Of a stretch of 64,000 nt of DNA, positions 12,468 to 24,029 are shown piece by piece (the first letter of the stretch is position 1; each line of letters opens with the position of its first letter). The notes beneath the pieces are model-generated. The model worked only from the letters and a program-made list of their open reading frames with translations. It did not search any database and was not told the origin of the DNA. The position numbers and the translations under genes were made by a program. This DNA is from Squalus acanthias (lineage: Eukaryota): contig CM059432.1 of NCBI GenBank assembly GCA_030390025.1, forward strand, positions 136,216,001-136,280,000. Direction: 5' to 3'.

Positions 12468-12592
12468 AATGTGTTTTAGAACTGAGAAGGTAACAGGCCA
12501 TACTAGATTTAGTGATGAGTAACAAACCAGAATTACTTAACAATCTAACAGTAAGGGAACAACTTACGAATAGTGACCATGATACGACTGAA

Positions 12593-12727
12593 CCAATACA
12601 AAAGCAAAATACTGCAGATGCTGGAAATCTGCAATAAAAACAGAAAAGCTGGAAATACTCAGCAGGACAGGCAGTGTCTGTGGAGAGAGAAACAGAGTTT
12701 CAGGTCAATGACCCTTCGTGAGAACAG
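12593..12727 (-). mobile_element. Penelope-like terminal fragment with degenerate hammerhead motif
   Basis: Homologous to 53130-53230. Flanked by near-duplicated ATGATACGA(C/T)TGAA (12579-12592, 12728-12741). Confidence 0.7.
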
Positions 12728-13320
12728 ATGATACGATTGAATTTGTTATTAGGTTTGAGCGGGAGAAGGAAGAGTCACAAACCAAGGTTTTAAGTAAGAC
12801 AAACTTTGAATCAATGAGAACTAAATTGACGGCAGTAAACTGGGCTAAACTGCTAATGGGTATACCTACAGACAAAGAGGGGGAAGTATTCAAAGAAGTA
12901 TTTAGTACAATACAAGACCAGTAGATACCCCTAAAATTCAAAAGCTCCACTTGTGCAGTTGAGCAACGATGGTCAACAAATGAGGCAAGAGACAGCATCA
13001 AGCTAAAAGAAAAGGCTTACACCAATGCAAGGAATAGTAGAAATCCAGTAGACTGGGTGGACTATAAAAAGCAACAGAGGGATACAAATTAATTAATAAG
13101 AGGTGCAAAAAGGGAATATGAAAAAAAAACTTGCAAGGAATATCAAAGCTAAAAGTAAAAGTTTTATAAATATATCAAGAGAAAGAGAGTGGTAAGGGGA
13201 AATGTGGGCCCATTAAAGATAGATGCAGGTGAGGCTATAATGGACAACAAGGGAATTGCAGACTTGTTAAATGAATACTTTGTTTTCATAGTAGAGGAAG
13301 AGAATAAACAATTCAATTAA

Positions 13321-13769
13321 ATTAGTTTGTGAAACTTGTGAACAGAATTCCTGATCTTACCATTAATATAGTGAATAAACCAGTCTTAGCCCTGTATCAA
13401 GTTCAGAGAATTCATCATTCACTGAAAAAGTACTCAATAGCTATATCATACTGAAGTGGTCACTATATAGTGACACTGTGTAAATGATGTTATGATAATA
13501 GTGCACTTTCCACTAACTAATAACTTATGCATAACATTAATCAACATTTATCATTCATAATGCAGCAGATATAAATTTGCAATGTGTGTTCAGATTTGCA
13601 TTAGTAATATTAGCTGCTTTTTAAAGATATCAACATCAATTTCCTCGCCTTAAAGTCCTGTGAGCTTCTGGTGATGAGTTCTCTGAACTTGATGCAATGG
13701 CCAAGACTGGTTTACTCACTATGTTAATGATAAGATCAAGAAATCTGTTTAAAATTTTCACAAACTAAT
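13321..13769. mobile_element. AT-rich foldback element/MITE with ~97-bp imperfect TIRs
   Basis: 13321-13417 is the diverged reverse complement of 13672-13769. Confidence 0.75.
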
Positions 13770-13777
13770 CAGTAAAC

Positions 13778-14190
13778 AACACATCAAATTTAAAATTGTC
13801 ATCCTTGTTTTCAAATCCCTCCGTTTCTTCGCCCCTTCCTATCACTGTAACCTCCTGCAGCTTTACAACCCTCTGAGAACTCTGTGTTCCTCCAGTTCTG
13901 GCCTTTTATGCATCCTCGATTTTCATCGCTCCACCATTAGCGGCTTTGCCTTCAGCTGCCTAGGCCCTAAGCGCTGGAATTCCCCCCCTAATTCTCTCCG
14001 CCTCTCTACCTCCCTTTCCTCCTTTAAGACACTCCTTAAAATCTCCGTCTTTGACCAAGCTTTTGGTCACCTGTCCTAATATCTCCTTATGTGGCTCTGT
14101 GTCAACCTTTGTTTGATAACGCTCCTGTGAAGCGCCTTGGGACGTTTTACTACGTTAAAGGCACGATATAAATACCAAGTTATTGTTGAT
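13778..14190 (+). mobile_element. L2 LINE 3' end
   Basis: Matches 18020-18285 and ends in the L2-type GCGCCTTGGGACGTTTTACTACGTTAAAGGC..TATAAAT tail. Confidence 0.8.
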
Positions 14191-14715
14191 GCAAATTTCC
14201 TGGGGCAGCCCCCGCATAAATGGGAAGCTTTTGTGGGTGCTTTACCAAAGCTTCCCCGTAATTTTTCATCTATTAAAATTAATGGACATAAAATTATGAG
14301 GAGCACATTTGCAGTTTTTCTAATGTGCCCCAAGCGAAAGAGGCTCTATGCTTGAATCATACATTGCGAACATTGGCCCCAACATCAGTACATGAAAGCT
14401 TGAAGAGAGATATAAGTGTTGAAAGCAGCAGATTTATTTCTGAATACATTTTTCATTATTTTAGCAGATAATCTATTACTGGGAGAAAAAAAGTTTTAAT
14501 TCATTTCCTTTTTAAATTGCCGTACAGCAAATCGTGCATTTAACTCCATTTTATTAATTAGGTCCCTGAATTTCCATGGTCTTCTCCCAATCTCCTGGTG
14601 GAATTTCTGGAAAAATCGCTGGAGAACCCCATCAGAAATCATTCCAGTGAAGGTAGCAAATTTGGAGCTCTGCACAATTCCATCTAAATGCAGCCTTCCC
14701 CTCCCTGCTTTTTTT

Positions 14716-15030
14716 AATATTCATTCACGGGATGTGGGCATCGCTGGCAAGGCCAACATTTATTGCCCATCCCGAATAGCTTGCCATTTCAGAGTCAACC
14801 ACATTGCTGTGGGTCAGGAATCACATGTAGGCCAGACCACATAAAGGCAGCAGATTTCCTTCCCTTTCATGGTCACCATTACTAATCCTAGCTTTTTACA
14901 GCAGATTAATTTATTAACTGGATTTAAATTCCCCAGCTACCATGGTGGGATTTGAATTCATGTCTCTTGAATCATTAGTCCAGGCCTCTGGATTACTAGT
15001 CCAGTAACATAACCACCATGCTACCATTCC
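14716..15030 (-). mobile_element. Fragments of the CR1-group LINE family seen at 26048-26967
   Basis: TTCATTCACGGGATGTGGGCATCGCTGGC is the reverse complement of that family's 3' end. Confidence 0.55.
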
Positions 15031-15239
15031 CCAAGTGGTGGCACGGGGTACATTTCTCGGGAGCTCCAGGCGCATGCTCCCCTGGAATTTTTACCAAAGC
15101 ATGGTTCCTTCTGGTTAATCTTAAAACATTTTGATACTTCAATTTGGTTTTCAACAGAGCATCATTTCCCCAAAAGCTACCTCAACAGTCACTGTCCCGC
15201 CTCCAAACCTCTTCCCTCACCCCAGTTCACAGAGACATT

Positions 15240-15377
15240 GGGGGGAATTTTCACAGGAAAAAACGGGTGGGTTGGAGGCGGGGGGGGAAGTGAAAGTTTG
15301 AAAACTCTAAAACTTGACCCCAACCCGCCTCCAACCGGCCTCCAACTCACCCGTTGGTCCCTGTGAAAGTTCCCCCC
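15240..15377. mobile_element. 138-bp Harbinger-type mini-MITE
   Basis: TIR GGGGGGAATTTTCACAGG / CCTGTGAAAGTTCCCCCC with ATT TSD. Confidence 0.8.
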
Positions 15378-16295
15378 ATTGTACTTCCTTTAACTCCCCA
15401 TCTAGTTGACAGAGACACTGGGCTGAATATTCTTCCAAAATTGGGCAGCACAACAGAGGAAAATGAAGGAAAATTGGGTGGGAAGGCCTACAGTCCGCTT
15501 CCCCACCCTACCTAACTCCAACCTGGATTTTCCTTCCTGCTCCACTGGAGGGCTGTAGGCCCCCTGAGCACAGACTGCCGTGCTGCAAGTAGATGGCGGC
15601 AGGGCTTGTGTTCTCATCTGATTTCCCTCTTTATCACTGCTGCCCGCGCCCCCCGACCTCACCATCAACCACAGGGAACGCCAGGAGTGCAGTGAACCGC
15701 AGTGCATCCTGTGGTAGCAGCAAGCCCACTGGTGTTGATGCTGGAGGCAGAGGACCTAGCAGTGGGCACCTCTCCCTCTCTTCTGACCCTAAAAACTTGC
15801 CACTTCAAGGCCTTGGCCCAGTCCGAGCTCTTGAATTAAAAATCGGGAAAAGTCTTCGGGTACCTTTGTCTCCTTTAACAAGGTGTCCTTCTCCTCATGA
15901 TGCAGCGGTGGGTGTCCCACTTCAACGCTTCTCCGGCCATGAATCCAACCCAGAGGAAACTTCAAGTTCTTCGCGCCTTTTGCCACCCTCCCAGTTCAGG
16001 CTGACACTCTGCTTCCTCACTCAGAAGTCAAGGGCAATCAGAGTTATGCTGATATATTTTTTAAGCACAATTTTGGTATTTCTATTTGAGCATCGCAATG
16101 TAGCACCAACGAATGTGAAATTTGTAGCAGCATTCGTGCCACCTGGAAGCAGTGGTTTTATGCCAGTCATGGGGCACAGGTGATGGCAAATATACGAACA
16201 ACTGGTGTGAGGCCTGTCAAAAGGAATACGTTTTAAAAGTTTAAAAATAAAATAAAAAAAGTTCTGGCCGACCAATTCACACACCCATTCACATT

Positions 16296-16700
16296 ACATA
16301 GAATTACATAGAACGTACAGCAGAAACTGGTCTGTGCCGGTGTTCATGCGCTTCACGAGCCTCCTCCCACCCCTCTTCATCTCACCCCATCAACATATCC
16401 TTCTATTCCTTTCTCCCTCATGTACTTATCTAGCTTCCCCTTAAATGCATCTATACTATTCGCCTCAACTACTCCCTGTGGCAGCGAGTTCCACATTCTC
16501 GCCACTCTCTGGGTAAAGAAGTTTCTCCTGAATTCGCTATTGGTTCACCTGACGAAGGAGCAGCGCTCCGAAAGCTTGTGATTTCAAATAAAACTGTTGG
16601 ACTATAACCTGGTGTTGTGCGACTTCTCACATTTGTCCACCCCAGTCCAACACCGGCATCTCCGCATCAGGATTAAATAGTGACTATCTTATATTTATGA
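16296..16700 (-). mobile_element. CR1 3' fragment interrupted by a Penelope terminal repeat (16545-16668)
   Basis: ACATAGAATT-type tail and reverse-strand RRNFFTQRVARMWNSLPQ coding remnant. Confidence 0.72.
16545..16581 (+). ncRNA. Minimal type I hammerhead ribozyme (Penelope-associated)
   Basis: TCAC-CTGACGA-A-GGAGC-agc-GCTCC-GAAA-GC-TT-GTGA gives stem I, an intact CUGANGA/GAAA core, a 5-bp stem II and a palindromic stem III (AAGCUU). Confidence 0.75.
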
Positions 16701-17337
16701 TTGACTGATTTAAATATCTCAACAACCTTTGAGAACTCTCACCTGTACTCAGAACTTAGTGATCATGACGACGTTGCCATGGTTGCCACAGTATAGCAAA
16801 GGGAAATTGGCCCCAACATCTCAAGATTATTTTTGTAAAAATAAATGTTTTGTGAGCATTTTTAGCCATGATTAAATACGAATAACTTACTGGATGCTGT
16901 ATTCTAAGATGCTTGTTGACTTGTATTATCGTATCTGACATCCAGCCCAGCCAACTTTAATTGCCAGCTACCCATTGCCACAAGTGCCATGAGTACAGAA
17001 AGTCCGCAGCACCCCAGCTATATGTCTGAAGCTATCCCTAGGTTTAGCATTCTTAGCTCTGAGGAGTTCCTGGTTTTAGTTGAAGAGAATGAAAAGTATA
17101 TTCCAAGAAAGCCTCCCAACAATGTGGTCAAATCCCAGCCACATTTTTGACATAGAGTTTTATTGTTTTGCAATGGGTCGTCATTAAGGAAATGCAACAA
17201 ATATCCGCGTTTTGAAAAGAGAATTAAATTAATTTCAGCATCACAGCAATTTCTTCTCTTTTTAACTAAATCAGCAACATTTATCTTGCTTGCCCCATAG
17301 CTCAATAGATAAATACACCACTCATTGTGGTATTACG

Positions 17338-18285
17338 GCTTCTCTTCCCGCTCCCGCATCGTTACCTCTGGTGTCCCCCAAGGATCTATCCTTGGCCCCC
17401 TCCTATTTCTCATCTACATGTTGCCCCCTGGCGACATCTTCCGAAAACACAGCGTCAGTTTCCACATGTACCCTGACGACAGCCAGCTCTACCTCACTAC
17501 CTCTTCTCTCGACCCTTCCACGGTGTCTAAATTGTCAGACTGCTTGTTCGACATCCAGTTCTGGATGAGCAAAAGTTTTCTCCAATTAAATATTGGGAAG
17601 ACCGAAGCCATTGTTTTCGGTCCCCGCCACAAACTCCGTTCCCTAGCCATTGACTCCATCCCTCTCCCTAACATCTGTCTGAGGCTGAACCACACTGTTC
17701 GCAACCTTGGTCTCATATTTGACCCTGAAATGAGCTTCCGACCACATATCCACAGCATGACAAAGAGCGCCTACTTCCACCTCCGTAACATCGCCCGTCT
17801 CCGCCCATGCCTCAGCTCATCTGCTGCTGAAACCCTCATCCATGCCATTGTTACCTCTAGACTTGACTATTCCAACGCACTCCTGGCTGGCCTCCCACAT
17901 GCTACCCTATGTAAACTTGAGGTCATCCAAAACTCGGCTGTCCATGTCTTAACTTGCATCAAGTCCCGTTCGCCCATCACACCTGTGCTCACTGACCTAC
18001 ATTGACTCCCGGTTAAGCAACGCCTCGATTTCAAAATTCTCACCCTTGTTTTCAAATCCCTCCATGGCCTCGCCCCTTCCTATCTCTGTAATCTCCTTCA
18101 GCCCCACAACATCCCGAGATATCTGCGCTCCTCTAATTATTCCCTCTTGAGCATCCCTGATTATAATCGTTCAACCTTTGGTGGCCGTGCCTTCTGTTGG
18201 CTCGGCCCTAAGCTCTGGAATCCCCTCCCTAAACCTCTCCACCTCGCTACCTCTTTTTCCTCCTTTAAGACGCTCCTTAAAACTC
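17338..18285 (+). mobile_element. L2 LINE ORF2 fragment (RT C-terminal part)
   Basis: SGVPQGSILGPLLFLIYM, YPDD (from YADD), LQLNIGKTE, SRLDYSNALLAGLP. Stop codon at 18003-18005. Confidence 0.9.
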
Positions 18286-18580
18286 AAGGCCGCCCCTGAT
18301 CTTTTCAGATCCCCCCCTCCCCCCGCTCCACCGGCTGACCCCGGGCCCCACGCGATCCCTCCCTCCCTCCTCTGTGCGGCCTAGTGCCGCAGGCCTACCC
18401 GCCCGGAGCCAGCCAGCCTCTCAACCTAGCCGGCTGCGGGTGGGAAACGGAGGCTTCACATTCAAATCAGGCCCTGCCATTAAATTCGGCAGGGCCTGCG
18501 GGAAACCCGTTCTCCCGGGCTTCTTGACCGCCTCAGAGCCCTCCCGCCCCCAATCTGCTTTCCCCATTAAAATTCAGCCC
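18286..18580. mobile_element. Non-autonomous DNA transposon end fragment (Harbinger-type)
   Basis: Ends in TTAAAATTCAGCCC and is similar to 20490-20656. Confidence 0.55.
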
Positions 18581-19600
18581 TGGGTGTCGCAATTGTCCTC
18601 GGTGTTTCCAGGCTAGAGAGGAAGAAAATCAACTGGACTTTTCAATCCTGATTGCTATGCAGTGACATAGGACGATTGGAACAGGCGTAGGCCATTCAGT
18701 CCCTCGAGCCTGTTCCACCATTCAATTAGATCATGGCTGGTCTGTGCCTTAACTGTTTATTCCCAAATTACCTCAACTGCCATTTCTAATGCATAAGACA
18801 CTTTGGTACTAATAACAAAGAGAGATCCATAAGTGTACAAGTTAGGGATTATGAGCAAATCAATAGACTATGAACATGTTTGTGCTGTGAATTTGTTTGA
18901 AATTTGAGCCAATGAACTATAATATTACTACAGGGAGCAAATAAATGATAATCCCTGTGTCTCTTTAAACCCTTCAAGTACTCAAAAATATTTTCAGCTT
19001 TCGAAATACAGCCGTCTATATAATATCCACAAAAACATATATTGGGCCAGATCTTGCTGTAGCAGGACATCTAATGGCATCTGCCATTAGTTAGACTTGT
19101 TCCTGCACACTTCAGTTCAAAACATTTTTGCCCACAAAGTTGCTGAAAGTGCGAGCTGAGAATGGTGCAGCGAGGGCAACAGAGTATCTGGGACCTGAGT
19201 GAACAGGGCAAGCAACTGTGCATCGCCTTAACCAATGAGATTTGAGGATTGGGAAATAAACAGCGGAAGGGATGAGAAGCAGGGTGAATTAAAGGGAGTG
19301 AATTCAATGTCAAATCAGATACAGAAAGAGAAATAAAGAGAGGGAAAGAAAGATTGGACTAAGAGAGAGAGAAACAAGAAAAGAAAAGTAAGAATATTTT
19401 TTTAAATTTGACATTTAAAAATCTCCCCGAAAAATTCAAAAGCTGAGGGAATGAGACTCCACACTTGTAATTGTTAATTTTCAGTGATCCTACCCCCCAA
19501 GGCCTCTGAACCCCACACCCCCACGGGGCCTCCGACTCCCCCCACAAGGCCTCTGAACCCCACACCCCCACCATGAGTCCTCCACGCTCCAATCCCCCCT

Positions 19601-20460
19601 CCAGCCCCGATCCTCCGGCCCTGAACCTCCTCCGGCCTCGATCCTCCTCCGGCCCCGAACCTCCTCCAGGCCCCGAACATACTCCGGCCTCGATCCTCCT
19701 CTGGCCCCGAACATACTCCGGCCTCGATCCTCCTCCGGCCCCGAACCTCCTCCGGCCTCGATCCTCCTCCGGCCTCGATCCTCCTCCGGCCCTGAACCTC
19801 CTCCGGCCTCGATCCTCCTCCGGCCTCGATCCTCCTCCGGCCCCGAACCTCCTCCGGCCTCGATCCTCCTCCGGCCCTGAACCTCCTCCGGCCTCGATCC
19901 TCCTCCGGCCTCGATCCTCCTCTGGCCCCGAACCTCCTCCGGCCTCGATCCTCCTCCGGCCCCAAACCTCCTCCGGCCCCGAACCTCCTCCGGCCTCGAT
20001 CCTCCTCCGGCCTCGATCCTCCAGCCTCGATCCTCCTCCGGCCTCGATCCTCCACCGGCCCCGCACCTCCTCCGGCCCCGAACCTCCTCCGGCCTCGATC
20101 CTCCTCCGGCCCCGAACCTCCTCCGGCCCCGAACCTCCTCCGGCCCCGAACCTCCTCCGGCCTCGATCCACCGGCCCCGAACCTCCTCCGGCCTCGATCT
20201 TCCGGCCCTGAACCTCCTCCGGCCTCGATCCTCCTCCGGCCTCGATCCTCCAGCCTCGATCCTCCTCCGGCCTCGATCCTCCTCCGGCCTCAATCCTCCT
20301 CCGACCCCGAACCTCCTCTGGCCCCGAACCTCCTCCGGCCTCGATCTTCCGGCCCTGAACCTCCTCCGGCCTCGATCCTCTGGCCCTGAACCTCCTCCGG
20401 CATCGATCCTCATCCGGCTCTGATCCTCCGGCCCTGATCCCACTCCGGCCTCTGACCCCT
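19601..20460. repeat. 17-bp GC-rich minisatellite, about 50 units
   Basis: Interspersed CCGGCCTCGATCCTCCT and CCGGCCCCGAACCTCCT units plus 14-bp variants. Confidence 0.95.
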
Positions 20461-21052
20461 CCCCCCCATCCTTCTCTCCCTCCTCTCTATGGCCTGGTGC
20501 CACAGGCCTACCCACCCGCCAGCCTCTCCATCTGGCTGGCTGTAGGCGGGAATCAGTGCTTTGAAATGTTAATCAGGCCCTGCCATTCTCCCAGGTTTTC
20601 GTACGCTTTCCAGCCATCTCCCGCTCTCAACCCACCTCCAAATTAAAATTCCGGTCTTTATCTTCACACACATATTCAGTTACATGGGAGCAATCTTGCC
20701 AGCCCTGGGGAGGCAGGTTTGGAGGCGGGACTGCTGGGAAAATGGCAGAATCTGGGGGCGGGTGCCCAACAGGGAGTTAACAGGCAGATAAGTGGATTAT
20801 CCCCATTTTACCCACACAAGTGTGGGCTTCCCAAAGGCTCCGAACCCCGCCAGGGTCATCAAGGTGAGTAGTGGATCTGCGGGGGTTGGAGGGGTACAAA
20901 AGTGCAATGTGAAGATAAGTGATGGGTGCAAGTGTGGAGAGGTGAGTATCTGAGGTAAGTGGAAAGTGTTAGAAAAAGTTTACTTACCTTTGTTTCTTCC
21001 TGCAAGCTTCAAGAGTTGGGCATGCGGAGAGTCTCGCACCTCCGCGGCAGAG

Positions 21053-23938
21053 ATAGAACATAGAACATAGAACAGTACAGCACAGTACAGGCCCTTCGGC
21101 CCTCGATGTTGTGCCGAGCATTGTCCGAGACCAAGATCAAGCTATCACACTCCCTATCACTCTGGTGTGCTCCATGTGCTTATCCAATAACCGCTTGAAA
21201 GTTCCTAAAGTGTCCGACTCCACTATCACAGCAGGCAGTCCATTCCACACCCCAACCACTCTCTGAGTAAAGAATCTACCTCGGACATCCCTTCTATATC
21301 TCCCCCCATGCACCTTATAGTTATGCCCCCTTGTAACAGCTGCCTCTACCCGAGGAAATAGTCTCTGAACATCCACTCTATCTATCCCCCTCATCATCTT
21401 ATAAACCTCTATTAAGTCGCCTCTCATCCTCCTCCGCTCTAAAGAGAAAAGCCCCAACTCCCTCAATCTTTCCTCATAAGACCTCCCCCCCAAACCAGGC
21501 AGCATCCTGGTAAATCTCCTTTGCACTCTTTCCAATGCTTCCACGTCCTTCCTATAGTGAGGTGACCAGAACTGCACACAATATTCCAAATGTGGTCTCA
21601 CCAAGGTCCTGTACAGTTGCAGCATAACCTCACGGTTCTTAAACTCAAACCCTCTGTTAATAAACGCCAACACACCATAGGCCTTCTTTACTGCTCTATC
21701 CACTTGAGTGGCAACCTTCAGAGATCTGTGGATATGAACCCCCAGATCCCTCTGTTCCTCCACGTTCCTCAGAACCCTGCCGTTGACCCTGTAATCCTTA
21801 TTCAAATTTGCCCTACCAAAATGAATCACCTCGCACTTATCAGGGTTAAATTCCATCTGCCATTTTTCGGCCCAGCTCTGCATCCTATCAATGTCTCTTT
21901 GCAGCCTACAACAGCCCTCCACCTCATCCACTGCTCCACCAATCTTGGTGTCATCAGCAAATTTACTGATCCACCCTTCAGTCCCCTCCTCCAAGTCATT
22001 GATAAAAATCACAAACAGCAGAGGACCCAGCACCGACCCCTGTGGCACACCGCTGGTAACTGGTCTCCAGTCCGAAAATGTTCCATCCACCACCACCCTC
22101 TGCCTTCTATGAGATAGCCAGTTACTTATCCAATCGGCCAAATTTCCCTCTATCCCACAACTCCTTACTTTCTTCATGAGCCGACCATGGGGAACCTTAT
22201 CAAACGCCTTACTAAAATCCATGTATACGACATCAACCGCTCTACCTTCATCCACACACTTAGTTACCTCCTCAAAGAATTCAATCAAATTTGTTAGGCA
22301 AGACTTACCCTTCACGAATCCGTGTTGACTATCCCTGATTAAGTTGCCCCTTTCCAAATGGTCATAAATCCTATCCCTCAGGACCTTTTCCATTATCTTA
22401 CCAACCACCGAAGTAAGACTAACCGGCCTATAATTACCAGGGTCATTCCTATTTCCTTTCTTGAAGAGAGGAACAACATTCGCCACTCTCCAGTCCTCTG
22501 GCACCATTCCCGTGGACAGTGAGGACCCAAAGATCAAAGCCAGAGGCTCTGCAATCTCCTCCCTTGCCTCCCAAAGAATCCTAGGATATATCCCATCTGG
22601 CCCAGGGGACTTATCGACCCTCAGGTTCTTCAAAATTGCTAAAACATCTTCCCTCAGAACATCTACCACCTCCAGCCTATCCACCTTTATCACACTCTCA
22701 TCCTCAAGAACATGGCCCCTCTCCTCGGTGAACACTGACGAAAAGTATTCATTCATCACCTCTCCTATCTCTTCTGACTCCATGCACAAGTTCCCACTAC
22801 TGTCCTTGACCGGCCCTACCCTCACCCTGGTCATTCTTTTATTTCTCACATAAGAGTAAAAAGCCTTGGGGTTTTTCTTGATCCGACCCGCCAAGGACTT
22901 CTCATGCCCCCTCCTAGCTCTCCTAAGCTCTTTTTTTAGCTCATTCCTTGCTACCTTGTACCCCTCAATCGACCCAACTGAACCTTGTTTTCTCATCCTT
23001 ACATATGCTTCCTTTTTCCTCTTGACTAGACATTCAACCTCTTTTGTGAACCATGGTTCTCTCACTCGGCCATTTCCTCCCTGCCTGACAGGGACATACC
23101 TATCAAGGACACGCAGTAATTGCTCCATGAAAAAGCTCCACTTTTCGTTTGTGCCTTTCCCTGATAGTTTCTGTTCCCATCTTATACTCCCTAATTCTTG
23201 CCTAATCGCATCATAATTACCCCTCCCCCAATTATAAACCCTGCCCTGCCGTATGGCCCTATCCCTCTCCATTGCAATAGTGAAAGTTACCGAATTGTGG
23301 TCACTATCTCCAAAGTGCTCTCCCACATACAAATCAAACACTTGGCCCGGTTCATTACCCAGTACCAAATCCAACGTGGCCCCAGCTCTTGTCGGCCTAT
23401 CCACATATTGTGTCAGGAAACCCTCCTGCACACACTGTGCAAAAACTATCCCATCCGAACTGTTTGACCTATAAAGGTTCCAATCAATATTTGGAAAGTT
23501 GAAGTCACCCATGACAACTACTCTGTGACCTCCACACCTATTCATAATCTGCTTTGCAATTTCTTCCTCCACATCTCTATTACTATTTGGGGGCCTGTAG
23601 AAAACTCCTAACAACGTGACAGCTCCTTTCCTATTTCTAACTTCAGCCCATATTACCTCAGACGGCAGATCCCCCTCGAACTGCCTTTCTGCCGCTGTTA
23701 AACTATCCTTGATTAACAATGCTACTCCTCCACCTTTCTTACCAACTTCCCTACTCTTACTGAAACATCTATACCCCGGAACTTCCAACAACCATTCCTG
23801 TCCCTGTTCTAACCATGTCTCCGTAATGGCCACCACATCGTAGTCCCAAGTACCAATCCACGCTCCAAGTTCTCCTACCTTATTCCGGATGCTCCTTGCA
23901 TTGAAGTAGACACACTTCAAGCCATCTTCCTGTCTGCC
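21053..23938 (-). mobile_element. CR1 LINE, 5'-truncated just upstream of the endonuclease domain
   Basis: (GTTCTAT)n 3' tail at 21053-21073 and a complete ORF2 reading frame. Confidence 0.95.
21137..23920 (-). CDS. CR1 ORF2p: APE-like endonuclease + reverse transcriptase, 927 aa uninterrupted
   Basis: NARS, ETW, GDFN and SDH (endonuclease); QHGF, DFSKAFD, GVPQGSVLGP and FADD (RT). Frame starts at TTG with no ATG. Confidence 0.93.
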   Translation of the reverse strand: MKCVYFNARSIRNKVGELGAWIGTWDYDVVAITETWLEQGQEWLLEVPGYRCFSKSREVGKKGGGVALLIKDSLTAAERQFEGDLPSEVIWAEVRNRKGAVTLLGVFYRPPNSNRDVEEEIAKQIMNRCGGHRVVVMGDFNFPNIDWNLYRSNSSDGIVFAQCVQEGFLTQYVDRPTRAGATLDLVLGNEPGQVFDLYVGEHFGDSDHNSVTFTIAMERDRAIRQGRVYNWGRGNYDAIRQELGSIRWEQKLSGKGTNEKWSFFMEQLLRVLDRYVPVRQGGNGRVREPWFTKEVECLVKRKKEAYVRMRKQGSVGSIEGYKVARNELKKELRRARRGHEKSLAGRIKKNPKAFYSYVRNKRMTRVRVGPVKDSSGNLCMESEEIGEVMNEYFSSVFTEERGHVLEDESVIKVDRLEVVDVLREDVLAILKNLRVDKSPGPDGIYPRILWEAREEIAEPLALIFGSSLSTGMVPEDWRVANVVPLFKKGNRNDPGNYRPVSLTSVVGKIMEKVLRDRIYDHLERGNLIRDSQHGFVKGKSCLTNLIEFFEEVTKCVDEGRAVDVVYMDFSKAFDKVPHGRLMKKVRSCGIEGNLADWISNWLSHRRQRVVVDGTFSDWRPVTSGVPQGSVLGPLLFVIFINDLEEGTEGWISKFADDTKIGGAVDEVEGCCRLQRDIDRMQSWAEKWQMEFNPDKCEVIHFGRANLNKDYRVNGRVLRNVEEQRDLGVHIHRSLKVATQVDRAVKKAYGVLAFINRGFEFKNREVMLQLYRTLVRPHLEYCVQFWSPHYRKDVEALERVQRRFTRMLPGLGGRSYEERLRELGLFSLERRRMRGDLIEVYKMMRGIDRVDVQRLFPRVEAAVTRGHNYKVHGGRYRRDVRGRFFTQRVVGVWNGLPAVIVESDTLGTFKRLLDKHMEHTRVIGSVIA

Positions 23939-24029
23939 GTTGCATTCTCCAATGCAGCAACCATCTAATTTCTGCTAAAGAAAGAGGTTTGATGAGTCTT
24001 GAATTCAAGAACTCATCAAACTACATAAA

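Larger units (their letters stand above)
11320..13310 (+). mobile_element. Old degenerate CR1 ORF2 fragment (endonuclease/tether), interrupted twice
   Basis: GIELRSSKGCKTLVGVIYR and DFNF/SDH-like remnants, colinear with the CR1 at 44200-45300. Confidence 0.75.

Noticed and set aside
19601..20460. CRISPR-like array (also considered for 577-738 and 42675-42908)
   Set aside because: Units are head-to-tail with no unique spacers, there are no cas genes and the context is eukaryotic.
19359..20515. Long Gly/Arg/Glu- or Pro-rich ORFs in several frames
   Set aside because: They result from a nearly stop-free 17-bp minisatellite; the same peptide appears in all frames.
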